NCBI RefSeq assembly: GCF_964204865.1
Contig: NC_135252.1
Span: 17,794,001 to 17,858,000 of the forward strand
Origin: Styela clava
Taxonomy: Eukaryota
Reading direction: 5' to 3'
Length of the DNA stretch: 64,000 nucleotides
Within the stretch, counting starts at the first letter, position 1. Each line of letters begins with the position of its first letter. Made by a program: the position numbers and the translations under genes. Below, piece by piece: positions 37,001-49,840 of the stretch. Below the pieces are notes generated by a model. It saw only the letters and a list, made by a program, of their open reading frames with translations. It did no database searches and was not told the origin of the DNA.

Positions 37001-40000
37001 AGTTTTAAAACATTTTTTGTTATGTTTTAGAAATTCATGGACGTTCTGTAATGCTGATTTCAAAAATCATTTATCTTCTAACTATCATCTTTTAATAGAT
37101 GAAAATATGCTGGAAATAATAATTGACAATTGTCTTTCAATTTTTTAGAATATATGATACATGGCGGTGAAGGGTTCGCAGGATTTAGCACACCAAATTT
37201 ACTTGCCAACATGCAACAACATTGGCCACATCATCACTCAGCAATTGCAGTTACAAGTTCTCAACTACAACATCCATCAAGGTAGAAATTTATAAACATA
37301 TTTTTTTTACAGAATCTAACTACTGCAATCCATCTCTGTACATAGTGTTGTGTTATTAGTATAATTGTCACCTCATTACAACTAATGTATACGAAAGAAT
37401 GGAATTAAAAATCTGTACTTCCGTAGTATGTGTACCAGGTTAGGGTTAGGCCATAATTTTATTCAGATTTTTCTTATTTTAGTTTTATTAAGAGTTCGGG
37501 GACTGTCTGTATTAGCCAAGTTAATATACCCCCTGTGCGCTGTCCATAGGTTTCAGTCCCTTTACACGACTTGATGTAAAATAAGCGAACAAAATTAGTT
37601 ACCCACCATATTGGTACACACATTTATTGGTCGCCTAATTATCAACCCATTAAAACCAATATATAAGAAAAAATGGAATCGAAAATCTGTGATGGCTTCA
37701 GTTTTAGACTTCTAGACCATAGGTTCTCAAAGTGCTCCGTACGGAGCCCCAGGGCTCCGCGAGAGGAACCCAGGGGCTCCGCGAGCTATTCGATTACTTT
37801 TCAAAATACTGACTAATTTTGTAACTGTTCAAAGAAGCAATAACAGCTTTGATAAAATCTGACAACAATATGGCCTCGAAATATGGCAAAGAGGCTGAAT
37901 TAAAAAATGACATTATTTATAAGCAGGAGCGCAGCCAGGATTCTTAAGAGGGAGGTGGTTCAAAATTGGAATCGGAAATTACCGCGCAACATTCTTCGCG
38001 ATTAAAAAAAACTTATAACGAGATTTCTGTTGTGTGAAATATTCAATTCATGACCAATGCGAGCATTTAACGTGTCTCGTCGTTATAATGTAATTGTGCT
38101 CATCGTTACTCACGTTTGATTCGAGATTACTATTAGGATTACTAAAATGGAAGAATATTATTCTGAAATAACATAAAATATGTGATAAACTGCCAACTAT
38201 CAATAAATTGGAGTCGTATTTTTGCGATATTGGGATTTGTCAAACTTGATTTGTTCTTTCGCACTTGAGATTATTTTTAAGCAAGATATCGCCCTTTAAA
38301 AAAACACAATGTCTGGGCAAAATACGAACAATTGAAATTTATTTTATTGCATTCGGCTCCGTCGGTAGTTTCAGAATGAAAAAAGGTACATCGCGGATCG
38401 CGCGCACAATTGATTGCGTGCGGCTCCGTCGGTAGTTTCAAAAAGGGAAAAAAAGGTAGGCCTACATCGCGCGCACAATTGACTTGTGTTTCGATTTCGC
38501 AGTTACTACAATGAAAACCTAACATAACACCAAATTCTGTGATTTGCAATGTCTATAAAAGCGTTTTCAATCCTAGGTGAGTCTGCTGAAACCAAACGTG
38601 TGATCTTCCATTTTAAGTTTTAGTTTTAATATTTCAGAATGCCGCTTTTTAATCGAGAAATTTGAGTTGCAGATTTATCTCTTTATTAATTATTATTTTT
38701 AGCATTTCGTCGCCGATGACTATAATATGGTAACATGTTTTTCACATTGAACTCATAATTCCCCACGAGAACACAAAAGCCATTAACGTCGTCATTGTGT
38801 AACAATGCATGTATATGCAGAGGGAAATTTGAATCAGGGAGAATAAACACCGACGTGAAGATGTTTAAAGGTTCAAAAACACGCCATGCTGAGGAAAAAT
38901 CGGCGATTGTAACAAAATGCAATCGCGCACATTATTAGCGGCCTTTTAAGTCTTCCAAACATGTCAAAAGGGAAAAGATTCGACCATGTTTGTCAAGTGT
39001 CAAATTTACAGCTTTAGTATATATAATTTATGTTTGAAATTTAGATTTTTTTATGACTTGTATTAACCCTTTCAAAAAAGTTTCAGCATTTAAATTGAGT
39101 AAAGTACTTTTAACTTGCTCAGGAATATTAATCCGAAAGTAACAATTTTAACATTTATTTTGGGGCTCCGTGAATAATAGTTAACCTTTTCAAGGGCTCC
39201 GCAACACCAAAAGTTTGAGAACCCCTGTTCTAGACAATGCAAATTAAAGAAATTCATTTCAAACTCAGATTTCCCACCACCTTACTCAGGGTGTAATAAA
39301 TCAGATAGGTAATCATGAACCAGAAAGCTAGCAATATTTCCAAAAGTATCTCATTACATAGGCTTTACAACGGCTTCTTTGGAGTGAAAATCCACATCCA
39401 CTCTTCGCATTAAAATGTTACACCCCCTAATCGATATTGGACTTAGAATGAAAGGTTGTCATACAGTTTGTAGTTTTGTTTTTTTCTCATTTTTTTCATA
39501 TTTCATTTTAATTTTCTTTGCCTAGAATCGAGGATCCAAACATGAGTGGAATGCATCATGGGTCAGGAAATGTTCATTCTTTTAATATAAAAAGAGAACC
39601 AGCCTCTCCTCCTGACAAAGGGAATCCAGAGGTTGGAATGAGAAGACCTCCACCTAACAGGTTCGTCCCAATCTTTTTATCTGAGATTATTCATGACAGT
39701 ATAGTATTCTTTGTCCTTATATGCCCTCCTCTTTTATGACTATAATACTGTCTGTAACCGTTGTGCCTGCCGTCTTGCAGTTTGGGAAAGACTTTTCTTA
39801 TTTATCCTCGTGGAGAGGAAAGTCAATAAGATGGCATTAATATATAACCACTACCTCTCGTCTGGTTACCAGTGCATGCCCCATATTGGAATAATTAACC
39901 AGTTATTTATTTCCGATGCATGGACTTCCTTCATTGTACCCCTACCTCAGTACCTTTTCCTGGGTTCGTCATTTAGTTGAAATTTGTACTTTAGTTAATT

Positions 40001-40291
40001 TTAATGACACTCTTTGTTAATTTTCATGGGACATTCTGAATTCTCTACATTTTTTGAAAATCTGTCATAAATGTGATTAATTTTCCTCACCGCAGTAATA
40101 TTTTATAACTTATTTTAATAATAACTTATTTTTTGTAAATTCATCAAAATAGGTCACCAATGGAAATCATGGGTTCATATGGAGTTGCAGATGATGGTGG
40201 AGGAATGATGCTTGAAAACGGTGAAACATCACAAAAACGGCAGAGACTCGACCCAAATCCTGGGCAAGGTACGGCAGAGTGGGCGACTTGA
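28020..40291 (+). CDS. MEF2: Myocyte enhancer factor 2 (MADS+MEF2 domain), 459 aa; join(28020..28073,28677..28880,32494..32667,33288..33486,33904..33954,35897..36087,36379..36478,37149..37281,39526..39660,40153..40291)
   Basis: [18 protein letters not shown]|[63 protein letters not shown], with the conserved intron after Q18. Also [15 protein letters not shown] (HJURP_C-like), D-domain [11 protein letters not shown], p38-type sites [16 protein letters not shown] motif IKREPASP and C-terminal KRQRLD...EWAT*. Phases consistent (1380 nt). Confidence 0.95.
33716..33778. mobile_element. hAT right-end remnant with tandem-duplicated terminus
   Basis: CGGTTGGAAACCACTGAT occurs twice ~28 bp apart. 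Confidence 0.4.
34079..34452. mobile_element. hAT-type MITE
   Basis: TIR TAGGGGTGGGCATTTCGAAT / ATTCGAAAATGCCCAGCCCTA; exact 8-bp TSD ATTACAAG (34071-34078, 34453-34460); TCGAAT subterminal repeats. Confidence 0.82.
34475..34675. mobile_element. Merlin-like MITE with TTAGGG motifs (copy 1)
   Basis: Long TIRs GGCGCTCCTGAAGTATGC.../...GCATACTTCAGGAGTACC; exact 8-bp TSD CAACCTTT (34467-34474, 34676-34683); GTTAGGG/CCTAACCCTAAC in the arms. Confidence 0.8.
37414..37635. mobile_element. Merlin-like MITE, related subfamily (copy 3)
   Basis: Shares GTAGTATGTGTACCAGGTTAGGGTTAGGCCATAATT and the internal core with copies 1/2; degenerate TSD TAAAAATC/TAATTATC. Confidence 0.7.
37718..39227. mobile_element. 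hAT-Charlie-like non-autonomous element (1510 bp) in a Mef2 intron
   Basis: TIR CATAGGTTCTCAAA / TTTGAGAACCCCTG; exact TSD TTCTAGAC (37710-37717, 39228-39235; Charlie NTCTAGAN type); GGGGCTCCG subterminal repeats. A foreign CAGGAGCGCAGCCAGG end at 37924 suggests a nested fragment. Confidence 0.85.
38354..38483 (+). repeat. Two-copy ~67-bp tandem repeat inside the hAT element
   Basis: CGGCTCCGTCGGTAGTTTCA...ATCGCGCGCACAATTGA starting at 38354 and 38421. Confidence 0.8.
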
Positions 40292-43200
40292 TACTCACTC
40301 TTACTGTCATTGTGACAACTAATGAACGTTATGACATGAGGTTCTTTTATGGATCTCACCACTTCCGGCCGCTTGTCGCCCGAAACAAAAACAAGGACAC
40401 TCAGAGGGTGGATGAAATTGTCGTTGGGCCACTCTGAGATAGTACCACGCCGATTTCTGCCAACATTGTAGTTCCATTTTTGTGATTTGTTTGAAAAATA
40501 AGGTGAACTTTTTGTGACTTGTCGATAGTGTAAAATGTCTTGATTGATTAGAAAATAGCAACTATGCCGCGCTAGATGTTTGATATTTTCTAACACTTCT
40601 GGGGTGAAGGCTTCAGTTGTTGGAATTCATTGTGGATGGTTTGAGCTATCATACCGAGATATAATTTTCATTGATCTCAGCTTATTTCTTGTGCTTTCAG
40701 TCATCAATAACAAAGGTATGTCAATCTCCAAACAGATTATTATTATTTTATAACTCCTCTTTGCAGTTCATTTCCACCTTAAATTCTCTGCCTCCATTAC
40801 CCAGCAAAATTTTGATTTATGCCAAAAATTGTTTACCAGGTATTATCATATAAAGAAGGTTAAATTTCCAAAAAAAATGTTCTATATTATATACAACTTT
40901 TGCAAAGCTCACACATGGATATTTGTATAATGTATCATGAAGAATATATTTCAAATAGGTCTATGACTTGCAAACTTTGTTTTACTAATTTATGAAATAT
41001 GATCATTTTTCCTTCTCTGCACTAACTTTTTAAGCAGTTATATTTGCAATGTTCATCTTTCTTAATTTACTTATTATCTATTTTCTTTTGGCGGTTTCAA
41101 CCACCAAAGAGCAGATTTTGCACCTCAACCATAGGCAACCAACCTGTCCATGGTTTTTATTACAAAGTAGGGGCGAGATAGTTATAGAAAGGAAAAAACA
41201 ATGACGTAGATTAGCATTCCCAATGAATGTAAATGACACAATATATTGATATTTGTTTGAACATCTATAGATTTTGAAATCTTCTGCTATTTTTTGATCT
41301 GACAATATTCAAAGTTGATCTCTCAGAAAGCAAATAAACATTTATCCTTTCATATTTTTACTGTCGACAAAATCGATTCTTCATAAGACAAAACAATAAT
41401 TGGTTGTCAATATTTATCAGAAAATTAATAGTATATTTCTATCAACAGTTACTATTTAAGTCTATTTTGTTATCTGTTTATTTTACCACAATTCTGAACA
41501 GTGAAAAAATAATTAGTTTGAAATGTTGAACTCTTTGCTCAAAATTGATATGTACCTTTGAACTACACCAGACATCTCCTAGTTTTTAAGTATTAAACTC
41601 CGCAGCAAAAATTACCAGTTTTGGTATATTTGGTTGATTGAACTCTCTCAATATCTGTTTTATCGAAGATTTTTTTCTCTTTATGATAATGTCCATACTA
41701 GCTTTTGGCAACTGTTTATTCCTTCAGGCCCAAACCAATTGCCAATATGGTTCAACTACAAAACTTCTATATAGTTATTTGCCAAACACTGTATCATCAC
41801 TATTAGAGTTCAACTTGAAAAACTGGCAAAAATAAACTTGGGAACCTTTTAAACTACTGAACCAGATGAAGTTTTAATATTTGCCCGAACTGCCTGAAAG
41901 AAGTTCTCATTTAGTTTTACTAAGGCTCTAATATTTTGATATTGGTATTTTTTCTACAGATTACAATATTTTGTGTCTTATCAGCAACAAAATTTCTTGC
42001 AAAAATATAAAATGTTGATTCTAAGAATCTATTTATTTTTCAGCAAAAAATTTTTGAATGATCATTGTATTTTTTGCGAGCTAATGCTGAGTTTTATTTT
42101 TGTACTCGTCCCTTCAACTGCCTGATTATGTTTTTCTGAAAAAATTTTGTTCTCAAAACTGAAATTCTCAATGAAAATTATGATATGATATGACTAATGA
42201 TACAGCTGAATAAAAAAAACGTTTTTTTTTTCATTAGAAACATTTCAATAAGTAGGTGCTGCAATAGCACAACGATTATAACTACTTTTCAAATTTATAT
42301 TGAACCTTACTCATAAAATACATTTTTTGTGTAATAGTGGAGGGAACTCTCTGTAACTATGTTCAAATCACCACAGTTTTATTACCTATCTGGCGATAAA
42401 ATAGACTCACATTATGTCTGATTTTTAGATCATTTACTGAACATAACCGGCCAAGTAATTTTTTTAAAGGTATTTTTTTTATTTAATATGACTTTTCGTT
42501 TCAAACATTTTTATCCGCGGATTGCCTCCCATGTTTTTATTCGAAGTGAACGATGTAAAAAAAATTTTCTTTGTCCTTTGCGACTGTAATATCAATATGT
42601 CTATTATTATTCGTAATTTTAATAATTTCTTGTTTTAATTTTCCCAATTATTATCATTTTCAGTGATAGGGGAACGCTTTTTTGTGTTTTAAAATTTTTT
42701 CGAAAAATTGTCTGTTTTGACTGGAAAATAAATATAGAATAACTTTTATAAGCTCATGTGACTTAGTAACATTTTTTGCTCCTCACTCATCCATATTTTT
42801 GTGATTGATCTCTCATGACCAACTCTCAATCGTTAAGTTGATGTTGCAGTCGCCATTGGTGGGATTCAGAATCTTAGGAACAAGTTGTCTTTTGTTTTGA
42901 ACTCATTTACAATGAGTTTTCTCATTGCAGAATATATATATATGTCACTGCGTAAGCTGTATTACCATGACGGGCTTTACATAAACCTTATAAATAATTT
43001 GGAGTCGCCAAATATAACGCTAGTTGTCAGCCGCACTGCACGTAACCCATTTGTTTAAAATCTAAAACGAGAACAGGTTCGCTGACATGTTCCACTAACA
43101 GGTTCGCGCTAACCACTTGGGTTCCACCACTGGAGTCGCCCCAATGATCGAGGGAGTTGCGATTAAATGCCGACCCGATATTTAGTTTTACAAGTCGGTG

Positions 43201-43598
43201 TTTGTGTTGGCATACGTGTTATGCAATCCAAGGATCGTTGGGAGCGAGTCTGCGGGTAAAAGTTGACTCTGGAAGTTTATCTCTTTACTTTTCTAACAAA
43301 CTTTTTTATATGACCGGCGGAATTTGAAAATACCACTCCAATTTCAGCAGAAAACTCCAAATCACCTCGCCCATGAAAGACCTCCTGATGAAACAATAAG
43401 AACGACCATCAGTATCGGTAAAACAAGTGGAAACTTTATTGTTGTGTAAGAACATATAGATACATCTATTTAAAATAAACAATCACTTCCAGATCGTATT
43501 ACGTCTTTATATAAACGATTGGGCCTTGATTGCTATATTTTTCGCGAATGGTATAAAAGTGCAGCATTAGCTATAGAGCTAGTAAATATCACATAAAT

Positions 43599-46500
43599 TT
43601 AGCTCTTCGCAGACTCGTGCTGCACTGGTAATGGTTTGGGTCCTTCGTCAATAGCTGGTTTATTCAATGGAGCCTCCACGGTTAAGAATCCATCAGACGA
43701 CAAAAATGATGATACGGCCATTGGATCCACATCTGCGACAAAATATAAAGAAACTCAAAATTGAGCAAGGCCTGATTGCATAAGGTATGACTAGATAGCT
43801 GAGATTGAAGTTTCTAAAAACAAGGTGAATGTGGGGCGAGACAGAAAGCCTCCTATGAAAAATATACTATAAATTGTCTGCTGGGAAGGGAACACTTACA
43901 TATTTAAGCACTAAAAATATGAAAGCGATTGATTGGATAGTGAGGGCGATTTTTATCCAAATAACAACATTGAATAACAACAATTTCGCAAAATGATCCA
44001 TAGATCCACGCAGTAATAAATAAAAAATCGGTTAGAATAAGTATGACGCAAAAAATATGTGCGTGAGTGCATCGTCTACGTTCGGATTTAGAATACATGC
44101 CTTTGGGTAATGTATATTTCCGGGTGAAATCTCTAGAAATCACCCCGTGATCATCTTGTTTTTCGTCATGTGATCCTTTAATTTCGACTGTGTCTCCAAC
44201 TGTTTTCACAGTTATTTCCTCTGGAAGAAAATGCTTAACATCCAGTAGAATTTGATATTTTCCATCCACAGTGGATACCTGGCAAACAACAATGTAATTA
44301 TGGCAAAGAATATATATGACGTAACGCGCAACTATTTTAATTGTAACCAAGATTTACGAAACAAGTATGAATATCTTGCAACATAACACTTAGGGCTGCC
44401 ATATGTTTGTTATCTTTTTGCGGAATTGTCTTTCTTGATATGCCTCTTGTGTCTTCATTATTGTTGAGTATAATATTTAATATGAAAACTCATAGAATAT
44501 GTTTGATATACAACTTGGCTTGGCATTGTGTTAAGAGTAAGGAATCCGCTTTATATATATCGCATCGCAGACTACCATACGCGGATTCACAAACTGGGCC
44601 CTCTTGGGAGATGGTTAGTTATGTGGAAGATTGCTGGATTCCTCGGCGTTTCGCAAAACGGCTCACTTGATTATCAAATAACCGACCTCGACTGCCAGCA
44701 GGGGGAAGTTCTTGGTTCATCCTATGATTATGCCGCGTTGCGGGCTTCCGGTTAAACATTACAAAATCTGGTACTTCTGAGGTATGCGTATCAAGATGGC
44801 GGACACCGGAACGTAGTATGTGTACCAGGTTAGGGTTAGGCAATAATTTCAGGTACAACTTATCTAGTCCCCGAACTCGTAATAGAACTAAAATAAGGAA
44901 AATTGGAATTAAATTATGGCCTAACCTTAACCTGGTACACATACTACGTTTCGGTGTCCGCCATCTTGGTAGCCATACTTCAATAGAACCCAAAATCTTT
45001 CATAATTCAAACTCAAGCCAAACAATCCATTAGACAACACGTTTATGCAACAATGCGGAAACCCTGTATACCATTCTAAAATCAAGACAGATCTCATGCA
45101 ATCTAGCATAAATATTTAGTAAACACTTACCAAATAACATGACATTATAAAAATATAAAGACATTTTTTACAAAGCACCCGCCATAAAAAATACACCCTC
45201 GCCAGCGCTCCAAATAAGAGAATTAATAAATATTCAGTTAGGGATAGGGATACAGATTGCGCTGTCAATTCAAATCATTTCCGACCCTAACCCCAACTGG
45301 ATATTTACTAATTTGTTGTTTTAAAAAACGTGAATGGGTGTTTTCTCAAATCTCACATTTTTGCATTAGTGGTGCTTTGTATGAAAGATCCAAAATATTA
45401 TATTAGACAAAAATTCGCCCATCTATTCGCACAATTATCATTGATCATATTTAGTAATCGACTCTTCGCAGCAGATGCGTAAAAACCTATATCCTAGAAT
45501 CGCCTTACTTGAGAAACTCCACCACTATTCTGTCGGTTGACAAGTTGCGGAGCAGTAGGTTGGACGGCAGCCGGAGATCTGACAACATACGGAACGGAAG
45601 CAGTCGCCGAAGAAGCCCATGGATCACCCCCACCTCGGACCAATCTCTGACGATGCTCACTTCGCACACTGTTAGTCATTGGCATTCCGCCAAAATCCTG
45701 TATTCAAAGTGCATGTCTGGTTATATTCAAGCGAACTAAGTGAAGTCGACGAAAAACTGGTAAAGGCGTGCGTGACTGGATGGTAACCGTGAAAGAAAAC
45801 TGATGACGTACCGTAGTTGACTTGTGAAGTCAGCGCAGAAAACATGAATCGAGCATGACATTGGAGTGTATCATCATAATGCTTAATGTGTGATAATCAA
45901 GCTTATGAGATTTAATAATTTAGATTGAAGATCTTTGCTGACTTGTGCCTTGCCCAATAAATATAATCTGTGAGTGTTCAGTGATCACATAGCGGCAGCA
46001 GAAGATAAAATTATATTTGCAATTGGTGATACATGTACCGAGAGCAGTGAAGAGTCAAAGTGAGTTGAATAATAAAATTAATAAAAAGGCTCTACTACGA
46101 ATTCCTCGTACCAATGGTGTCCTATGCCATTTATCCGTATCATTTTAAATTTGCATATAAGCAAAATACAGAATAACGTATCTCAAGTTATGGTCCAAAT
46201 CGCCATTTAAATGGCCTTTTAAGAAAAGACTGCATATTTATACCGTATATAAATCATAAATTTATTTCAAAACTATTCTCCAATCGTAACATCCTAAGTT
46301 ACTGGATATAATCACATTAGACTTTTCGGCTACCACCACATCTTTTCAACAGTGCTGTGGCCTATGAATCCAACCTGCGAAGAATTCGTCTGGCATACTT
46401 CTGACTGAAGTACTGACGTCTGTATCGGTTGGCATTTTACAGAAACGTGTCATGATTTAAAATAGTGAAATAATGATGTTAATAAAAAACTCCTCTTCGA

Positions 46501-47098
46501 AATCTCAAACGTAGTAGTTACATTCAACATGCATAAAATATGAAAAGAACGAGAATAGCAACACATGCAACAATATACAGATATAAGCAGCAAACATAGC
46601 ACAAAATAAGTACTAAGGATAATATAAAATTTGATTATTTACTAATAATTAATTAACAGTTGCAATCCGTTCTCTGGGCAAAAGATAAGGATGAGTTTTT
46701 CAACCCATTATATCCGAAATAGAAAAGTGATTTGTGACTAATGTGAAAAAGTCCAGAATATATAATATAGATTTTATTGAATATTATCCGGGATTATACA
46801 GAGACAATTTTATGTAATTGTCTGACATTCAAAAATAATTTGAAAAATATTTCAAGAAATTTATTTTTTGTGATCTATTAGACTTAGAGTATAAAAATGA
46901 ACCTGTCTCAATACAAAAATTTATTGTAAAGTCGTTATCTTCAACACGTACTGCATAGAAAATTAAATACTAAAAAGTAAGACTCACTTGGTCCCAAATA
47001 GTTGTAGCGGGAAACGTCCAGTCTTGAAACGGTTCCCACGGGGTTGGTCTGTATGGTGTTATATGAATTCGACGTTCTGTTCTTTGTCTTTCAGCCAT
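43599..47098 (-). CDS. HSPB1: Small heat-shock protein, HSPB1/HSP27-like (alpha-crystallin domain), 203 aa; complement(join(43599..43732,44101..44278,45509..45697,46988..47098))
   Basis: MAERQRTERRIHITPYRPTPWEPFQDWTFPATTIWDQ|DFGGMP resembles the HSPB1 WDPF/RLFDQxFG region. LVNRQNSGGVSQ parallels RQLSSGVSE. Alpha-crystallin domain YQILLDVKHFLPEEITVK...[27 protein letters not shown]...SSDGFLTVEAP, C-terminal LPV (IXI-like). Third intron is GC-AG. Minus-strand AATAAA at 43435-43440. Family certain, exact paralogue less so. Confidence 0.88.
44770..44990. mobile_element. Merlin-like MITE with TTAGGG motifs (copy 2), in HSPB intron
   Basis: Near-identical to 34475-34675; exact 8-bp TSD CAAAATCT (44762-44769, 44991-44998). 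Confidence 0.82.
45159..45391. mobile_element. Foldback MITE with TTAGGG-like core
   Basis: Arms TACAAAGCACC / GGTGCTTTGTA and AAATATTCAGTTAGGG / CCCCAACTGGATATTT; ~9-bp TSD AAAATATAA/AAAATATTA. Confidence 0.6.
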
Positions 47099-47289
47099 CG
47101 TTATTTATTTATAAACAACCTACTAATAAAAATGGACATTATGAAGATGCCGAGGACATCCTGCCCTGAATATAGCGCAATTCCACGAATTTCTCATTTA
47201 TGATTCCTGACCAGTTCCATGTAGTCACTAGCTGAATAAGTTCGTACTGTTTTCATAAGCGTACACATTATATTCGATCTGCGGAATAA

Positions 47290-47900
47290 TAAATTTTTAC
47301 ACTAAGCCCCACTATCCCAATTACTGGATACAGAAGCTAGAGCGGCATTTTATCGATCCAGCACCCCCTTTACTTGATCCCAAAATAGTCCCATTGCCTC
47401 ATCTACATCTGGTTTACTTATTCGTTGCGCGTTCCACTATTCAAAGATCAAACTTAAAAACTGGTCATTAATATTATCTTTCCTGAATATCCCGATCGTA
47501 ATAACTCGCTTCCATACACTTTGTCTGGCAGTATGTAGCTGAGGTGAAATTTGTAAACTTATTCACAGGTATGAGTTTCTTGCGCTATTTCATCTTATAT
47601 TCTAAAGCGGGGGAAGATTCCATCGCTCTTTTATCCCAATTTGGGAGTTGGCAATCACTCGTCTGTCGCGTATTTGACATGTCGCAGAGACGATGTTCGA
47701 CTTGTGACGGCATTTTGTCGAGGGCATTCGCAGCTGTCACCTTGTATGCGCTTGTTTCCTTAATTAAAGCCGTGACTCTATCTTTGGAGTATGTGCTATC
47801 GCATACTGTATTACTCCGCCAAGATTGGGCAGAAGATAACTTTATCGCTTCGGAATGCGGGACAAATGTTGCCCACATCTGGCGACTTCAAGAAATGATC
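47290..47900 (-). mobile_element. Decayed non-LTR retrotransposon (CR1/L2/Jockey-like) ORF2 fragment
   Basis: Minus strand reads KRVITIGIFRKDNINDQFLSLIFE*WNAQRISKPDVDEAMGLFWDQVKGVLDR*, resembling the endonuclease-RT linker of CR1/L2 ORF2; in-frame stops; boundaries approximate. Confidence 0.4.
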
Positions 47901-49767
47901 GAAGTGCCAACCGGGTGCATTCCGGAGTAGTACTTGTTTTCAATTGAGCATTACTAGATCGAAGGTGCTAATAACAAGGATATCAAATACCACCAAGGAC
48001 TTATTATAGATCAATTTGTTGTTATACGACTTCAAGTCTTGTTGGCGACCTTTGGTTCGAGTAGAAGATAATACCGCCGGATAAAATCTAATCAAGCCAA
48101 CGTATCATAGTAATGTAAGAAATTGGTTGCTAAATCTGCTTTTCCTTCGTGCCATATTGGAAAGAGAGAGAGTTTATTTCATTTTGCCAAACCAAGAAAC
48201 AACATACATATATAAGTATAATAAGTATAAGTTTATTTCGACTCCATAATCAGCAAAACAATAAAATGAATGCTAAAAATAAATAAAAACTGATTATGAA
48301 ATCAGGAGAGCGAACAAAGCCTTAGATAAGGTTTAAAACGTACAGAATGTATATAAGATGGAAGGTTTTGCCAAGAAGATGTGGTACGTGTTCACTCACC
48401 TAAAATAATTGAAATATTTCACACACCGGTATTGTAGCAAGTACATAAGGATAGTTACTGTGTATTTTAATATTTTCACCACTTATTGTTAGTAGTGCAT
48501 GTTATTTGCCTGAAACAAGGTCGTTGTCCCAATTCATTTCCTTTATGATATATTTCTCTCACTCAGTGTAGCTTGTCTTTGCCGTTATTTGTTAGTTAGA
48601 AATTTGGTTTCATCACATATACTTGCTTTAGGGGTTTCAAGTGTAATTCGTTATTTGGATCAATTCGATTGTGCAACTTTACAATATAACATTTGGCATT
48701 CAATACATTGTGTGCTTTTTGACCTCTGAAGGAGTCAAGATCGGAGTTACACTCTGTTAACGTGTGTTCAATAACACGGGTGTGTGGACACGCAGATAGG
48801 GTCGAATCTTTGTTGCCCTATAGTATATAAAACTATCAAATAAACAGATGCTTTCGGTACATGACTGAAGAGATACGATATGACCTTTAGGGGTCATCGG
48901 AGTCAGTTGCCACAAAGAAGAAAAACTGAAGTTGTCCGGTACAAAATTAAAGTCCGGCAATCAATATCCTCCATATTCTACATCGCAATACAGTTTCTAA
49001 ATAGCGCAATACGAAAATTTGAAAGGAAATTTCTTTTAAGGGGCAAACCGAGCAATAAACTATTTTAAACTGGACTCGCCAAATTTCTGAGTTATATGAT
49101 CTACTTATTCTACTAAATACTATAACAGCACAACTAATAAAGTAATACAAATAAATGCCGGTAAGTCCCACGGTATGTTAGTCGTTGGTCCCACTCAACG
49201 ACTAACATACCGGTCCCACTATATAACTATATAATATTTTTGGCTTATATACCGCTGCTGTAGAGATGGCTTGATTCATCGAATGATTCTGTTCCAAATA
49301 ATATTTGTCAAATAATAAATCTCTCTCTCTCTTCAATCGGTATAAATATGCCTGTGACGAGGGGGTTAACAGGCCCTATAATCCACCCTTTCATCCCAAC
49401 CCAATACATTCAAATAAATTTGAAAATGGGCCATTAGGAAAAAACGTGCAGCTGAAAAATCTTTCTGCCCGGTCGACAAGTAGGGTGAGCTATTAAATTT
49501 ACATTAAATCGCTCGTCGTTTGCAAAGGAGATACTGAACACATTGAGACGACACAGTTTGCTTTGTAACCATATGCATCGAGCTAGCGATGGACATAATG
49601 CAATTAGTTTATCTAAGATTCTAAGTCATGTATTGGTTTTGGGGTATTTAAAATTGATAGCAGTATTGGCGTAATCGAAAAACCCCTAAAACTTCCAAGC
49701 TACCTAGTAGCAGTTTAAGCGAGAGTCTTTTGATGGTATATCTATAGGAGTATCTATTACCCTACAC

Positions 49768-49840
49768 CAGTGGTTCTTAAAGTTTTTGAGCCGCGCCCCC
49801 TTCGAAACATTTTACAGACATCGCGCCCCCCTTTTTGCTT
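49768..49840. mobile_element. Single end of a hAT MITE (same family as 13304-13609)
   Basis: CAGTGGTTCTTAAAGTTTTTGAGCCGCGCCCCC closely matches the reverse complement of the right end of the 13304 element; other end not found. Confidence 0.55.

Noticed and set aside
44619-45109. ORFs 44619..44993(-), 44818..45033(+) and 44927..45109(-) with shared peptides
   Set aside because: Artefacts of the palindromic MITE at 44770-44990.
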